Of a stretch of DNA of 10,553 nucleotides, positions 8,373 to 10,553 are shown in pieces. The notes beneath the pieces were generated by a model. The model had not been told where the DNA came from. It made no database searches and saw only the letters and a list, made by a program, of their open reading frames with translations. Within the stretch, counting starts at the first letter, position 1; each line of letters opens with the position of its first letter. Source of the DNA: a bacterium (GTDB lineage: Bacteria; Arandabacterota; Arandabacteria; Arandabacterales; JALGWA01); contig JASFEA010000111.1 of assembly GCA_050125095.1 (NCBI GenBank), positions 1 through 10,553 on the forward strand. The letters run 5' to 3'. The translations under genes and the position numbers were made by a program.

Positions 8373-10127
8373 ATGAAATGGAGATCAGCTCTTCTCGTTG
8401 CCGCCGTTCTCATGCTCGGCGCGTCTGCATTCGCCGCTGAGACGGGTGGACAGCTTGATGACTGTATTCATCTGAGTATCGGTAACATCACAGCCCGGCC
8501 GGGTGAGGACATCATGGTCCCTATCTACATTTCGGAGACCACCGGCTGGGGCATCATGGCTTTCGAAGGCACGATTTGCTGGTGCGATCTGCCGGCGGGC
8601 CTGTTGCAGTTCATAGAATGCAGCCCCGGCGATGTGGTTCTTAACTCTGGCTGGCCTATGGGCTTCTGCGGACCTTGCGCGCCCAACTGCATGACTTTTG
8701 CGTCGGCCGGCGTAACGCCTCTCGTGGGCAAGGGCGTACTTCTCTACTTGCACTTCCATGTGAGCGCCAATGCAAAGCCGTGCATGTGCTGTGAACTAAC
8801 GTTCGAAGAGATGCTGCTTTACGATCCCGAGAACCCGCTCAATGTGTGCCTCGAGGGCGGTGAAGTGTGCATCGAGCACTGCGACATATTCGGCTGCCTC
8901 AAGATGTGGTATTGCGATTACGACTGCGGCGAGATCTACTGGTGGCGGCCGCTTCCCGGCGCCAGGATTCATCTGAGCCAGTGCGGCCAGGCAATCGCAA
9001 CGACCTACACAGGCAGTGAAGGCTGCTTCGCTTTCGAGTGCCTGGAGCCGCATGGCAGTCAGCAGCTTACGGGAGGCGACGGCTGTCCTTACTGTGTCGA
9101 AGTCGACTACTGCGCGGCACCGGATAGGATCATTACTGCGTTCGACGCCGCCCTTATCCTCAGGTATCTCGTATGCCTGGATAACCTGGACTGCTGCTCC
9201 TTCTGCGGCTGCGGAAACATGGTCTACCCGCAGCAGATCGCGGCGGACGTCAACTGCACGGGGGCCATCACGGCTTACGACGCATCCCTTATATTGCAGT
9301 ATGTAGTCCATATCCTCCCTGCGTTCCCCTGCCCCGATCCGTGGGTATGGATCAACCTGATGTGTGACTGGTGCACGTACGACTGCCCCGGCTACTTCGA
9401 CATCATCGGGATTTACAAGGGTGACGTGTCCGGTATGTGCTACTGTCCTGCAGGCGATGCCCTGACCGCCTCCAGCGCCACGATCAAGATCGGCATTCCG
9501 CAGCATCATAACGGCTATGTCGACGTTCCGGTGCTGGTCGATGGCGCGCAGGACATCTGCGCGGTGCAGTTCGAACTGGACTACAACCACGCAGCCCTGG
9601 CGTTTGACTCGGTGCGTCCCGCCGCTCTCACCGAGGGCTTCCTCTCGGATGCCTTCGAGACCGACGGCGTGCTGACGGTCGCAATGGCCGGCGCCGAGAG
9701 CTTCGACGGCAAGGGCCGTGTTGCCGTGGTCAGGTTCCTTAAGAAGGACGGTCCTGTACCGGTAGTATCAACGCGCGTGAGTATCGAGAGCGCGCTTCTC
9801 AACGAGACCGAGCCCGTCATTCAGGGTCACAGTTATGACGCTGAAGTCGTTGGCTTCGCGCTTGGTCCCGTTTCGCCCAACCCGACAAGCGAGGGAACGG
9901 CGATCAGCTTCAGCGCACCCAAGGCCGCTAACGTGTCACTGGCTATTTACAATGTGAACGGCCAGCTGGTGCGTACGCTGCATGATGGCCAGGTCGACTC
10001 GGGTAACCACAGGTTCGCCTGGGACGGCACTGACTCGAACGGTGCGAGAGTTGCACGCGGTGTGTACTTCTGTCGTATGAACGCGGATGAGTTCAGCGCC
10101 ACCGAAAAGGTGGTACTGCTGAAGTAA
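8373..10127 (+). CDS. Secreted Cys-rich protein: signal peptide, cohesin-like, beta-domain, dockerin-like, cohesin-like, FlgD-Ig/C-terminal sorting-like domain
   Basis: AGGAGG at 8358-8363 before ATG 8373. Signal MKWRSALLVAAVLMLGASAFA. Cohesin-like LSIGNITARPGEDIMVPIYI...GKGVLLYLHFHV and VDVPVLVDGAQDICAVQFELDYN...LTVAMAG...GKGRVAVVRF. Dockerin helices ITAFDAALILRYLV and ADVNCTGAITAYDASLILQYVV. C-terminus SPNP...LAIYNVNGQLVRTL...WDGTDSNGARVARGVYFCRM...KVVLLK. Confidence 0.85.
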   Translation: MKWRSALLVAAVLMLGASAFAAETGGQLDDCIHLSIGNITARPGEDIMVPIYISETTGWGIMAFEGTICWCDLPAGLLQFIECSPGDVVLNSGWPMGFCGPCAPNCMTFASAGVTPLVGKGVLLYLHFHVSANAKPCMCCELTFEEMLLYDPENPLNVCLEGGEVCIEHCDIFGCLKMWYCDYDCGEIYWWRPLPGARIHLSQCGQAIATTYTGSEGCFAFECLEPHGSQQLTGGDGCPYCVEVDYCAAPDRIITAFDAALILRYLVCLDNLDCCSFCGCGNMVYPQQIAADVNCTGAITAYDASLILQYVVHILPAFPCPDPWVWINLMCDWCTYDCPGYFDIIGIYKGDVSGMCYCPAGDALTASSATIKIGIPQHHNGYVDVPVLVDGAQDICAVQFELDYNHAALAFDSVRPAALTEGFLSDAFETDGVLTVAMAGAESFDGKGRVAVVRFLKKDGPVPVVSTRVSIESALLNETEPVIQGHSYDAEVVGFALGPVSPNPTSEGTAISFSAPKAANVSLAIYNVNGQLVRTLHDGQVDSGNHRFAWDGTDSNGARVARGVYFCRMNADEFSATEKVVLLK

Positions 10128-10191
10128 GACGTGAGCGAGACGTAGAGGCTTACGTCTGAATTAGGGGGCATGTTCCCAGGGGCATGCCCCC
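10127..10191. terminator. Two tandem hairpins between convergent genes (probable bidirectional terminator or 3' stabiliser)
   Basis: AGACGTGAGC (10127-10136) / GCTTACGTCT (10148-10157), and GGGGGCATGTTC (10164-10175) / GGGCATGCCCCC (10180-10191). No clear U-tract. Confidence 0.65.
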
Positions 10192-10208
10192 GCTCGTATA
10201 TATGCCCC

Positions 10209-10553
10209 TCAGTAACCGAGCTCCACATCCACCCGGCCGGGAGGGGTTCCTTCCCTCAGTGTGAGATTGAGCACATGCGCCAGTTCCCGGGCCCGCAGGG
10301 CCTCCGTCCCGTCCGAATGCCCGGCAAGGTGGGGGGTCACTATGACATTGGGGAGCTCATGAAAAGGATACGCGGAGGGAGGCGTTGAGGCCCGCGACTC
10401 CTGCGACTCCGGGTAGTTATACCACACGTCCAGGCCCGCCCTTATTCTCGAGGCCCTCAAGTTCTCGTAAAGCGCCTTCTCATCGACGATCCTGCCGCGC
10501 GACACATTGACGAGCAAGGCCCCATCCGGAAGGAGCGACAGCTCCTTCTCGCC
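10209..10553 (-). CDS. Partial CDS (3' end), D-isomer-specific 2-hydroxyacid dehydrogenase, NAD-binding
   Basis: Open from the window edge: GEKELSLLPDGALLVNVSRGRIVDEKALYENL...AGLDVWYNYP...PFHELPNVIVTPHLAG, with the family NxxRG, LDV and TPHxAG motifs. Confidence 0.92.
   Translation of the reverse strand, partial: GEKELSLLPDGALLVNVSRGRIVDEKALYENLRASRIRAGLDVWYNYPESQESRASTPPSAYPFHELPNVIVTPHLAGHSDGTEALRARELAHVLNLTLREGTPPGRVDVELGY

Noticed and set aside
8198-8440. 80-aa + strand ORF across the leader
   Set aside because: Its TTG begins at the last base of the -10 box, upstream of the predicted TSS. It has no SD and overlaps the real gene out of frame.
8463-9446. Multiheme cytochrome, ferredoxin or selenoprotein interpretation of the Cys-rich region
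   Set aside because: No CxxCH motif, no canonical CxxCxxCxxxC ferredoxin motif, and no in-frame TGA.
8796-9590. 264-aa minus-strand ORF and the other ORFs nested in called genes
   Set aside because: Shadow frames of well-supported genes, with no independent motifs or initiation signals.

Overview
GC-rich bacterial window. The FlgD-type C-terminal domain of the secreted protein suggests an FCB-related lineage such as Eisenbacteria, Krumholzibacteria, Latescibacteria or KSB1; this is inference only. Block 1 (1-3644, +) is the tail of a propionyl-CoA/methylmalonyl-CoA operon: probable biotin carboxylase C-terminus, biotin carrier protein, methylmalonyl-CoA mutase large subunit without a B12-binding domain, and methylmalonyl-CoA epimerase. 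A 20-bp tandem repeat joins it to a lipobox-bearing multi-pass membrane protein. Block 2 (3785-6707, +) is a HEAT-repeat gene overlapping an HD-GYP gene, behind a sigma28-like promoter. The two proteins appear to share the same unnamed ~130-aa N-terminal domain. Block 3 (6836-7978, +) is an acyl-CoA dehydrogenase with its own sigma70 promoter and terminator. Block 4 (8373-10127, +) is a monocistronic, very Cys-rich secreted protein with a cohesin, beta-domain, permuted dockerin, cohesin and FlgD-like C-terminal domain. It has a near-consensus promoter and a ~170-nt structured leader containing an orphan Shine-Dalgarno. Block 5 is the 3' end of a convergent D-2-hydroxyacid dehydrogenase. The best candidates for undescribed biology are the HEAT/HD-GYP module and the cohesin-dockerin protein with its leader.
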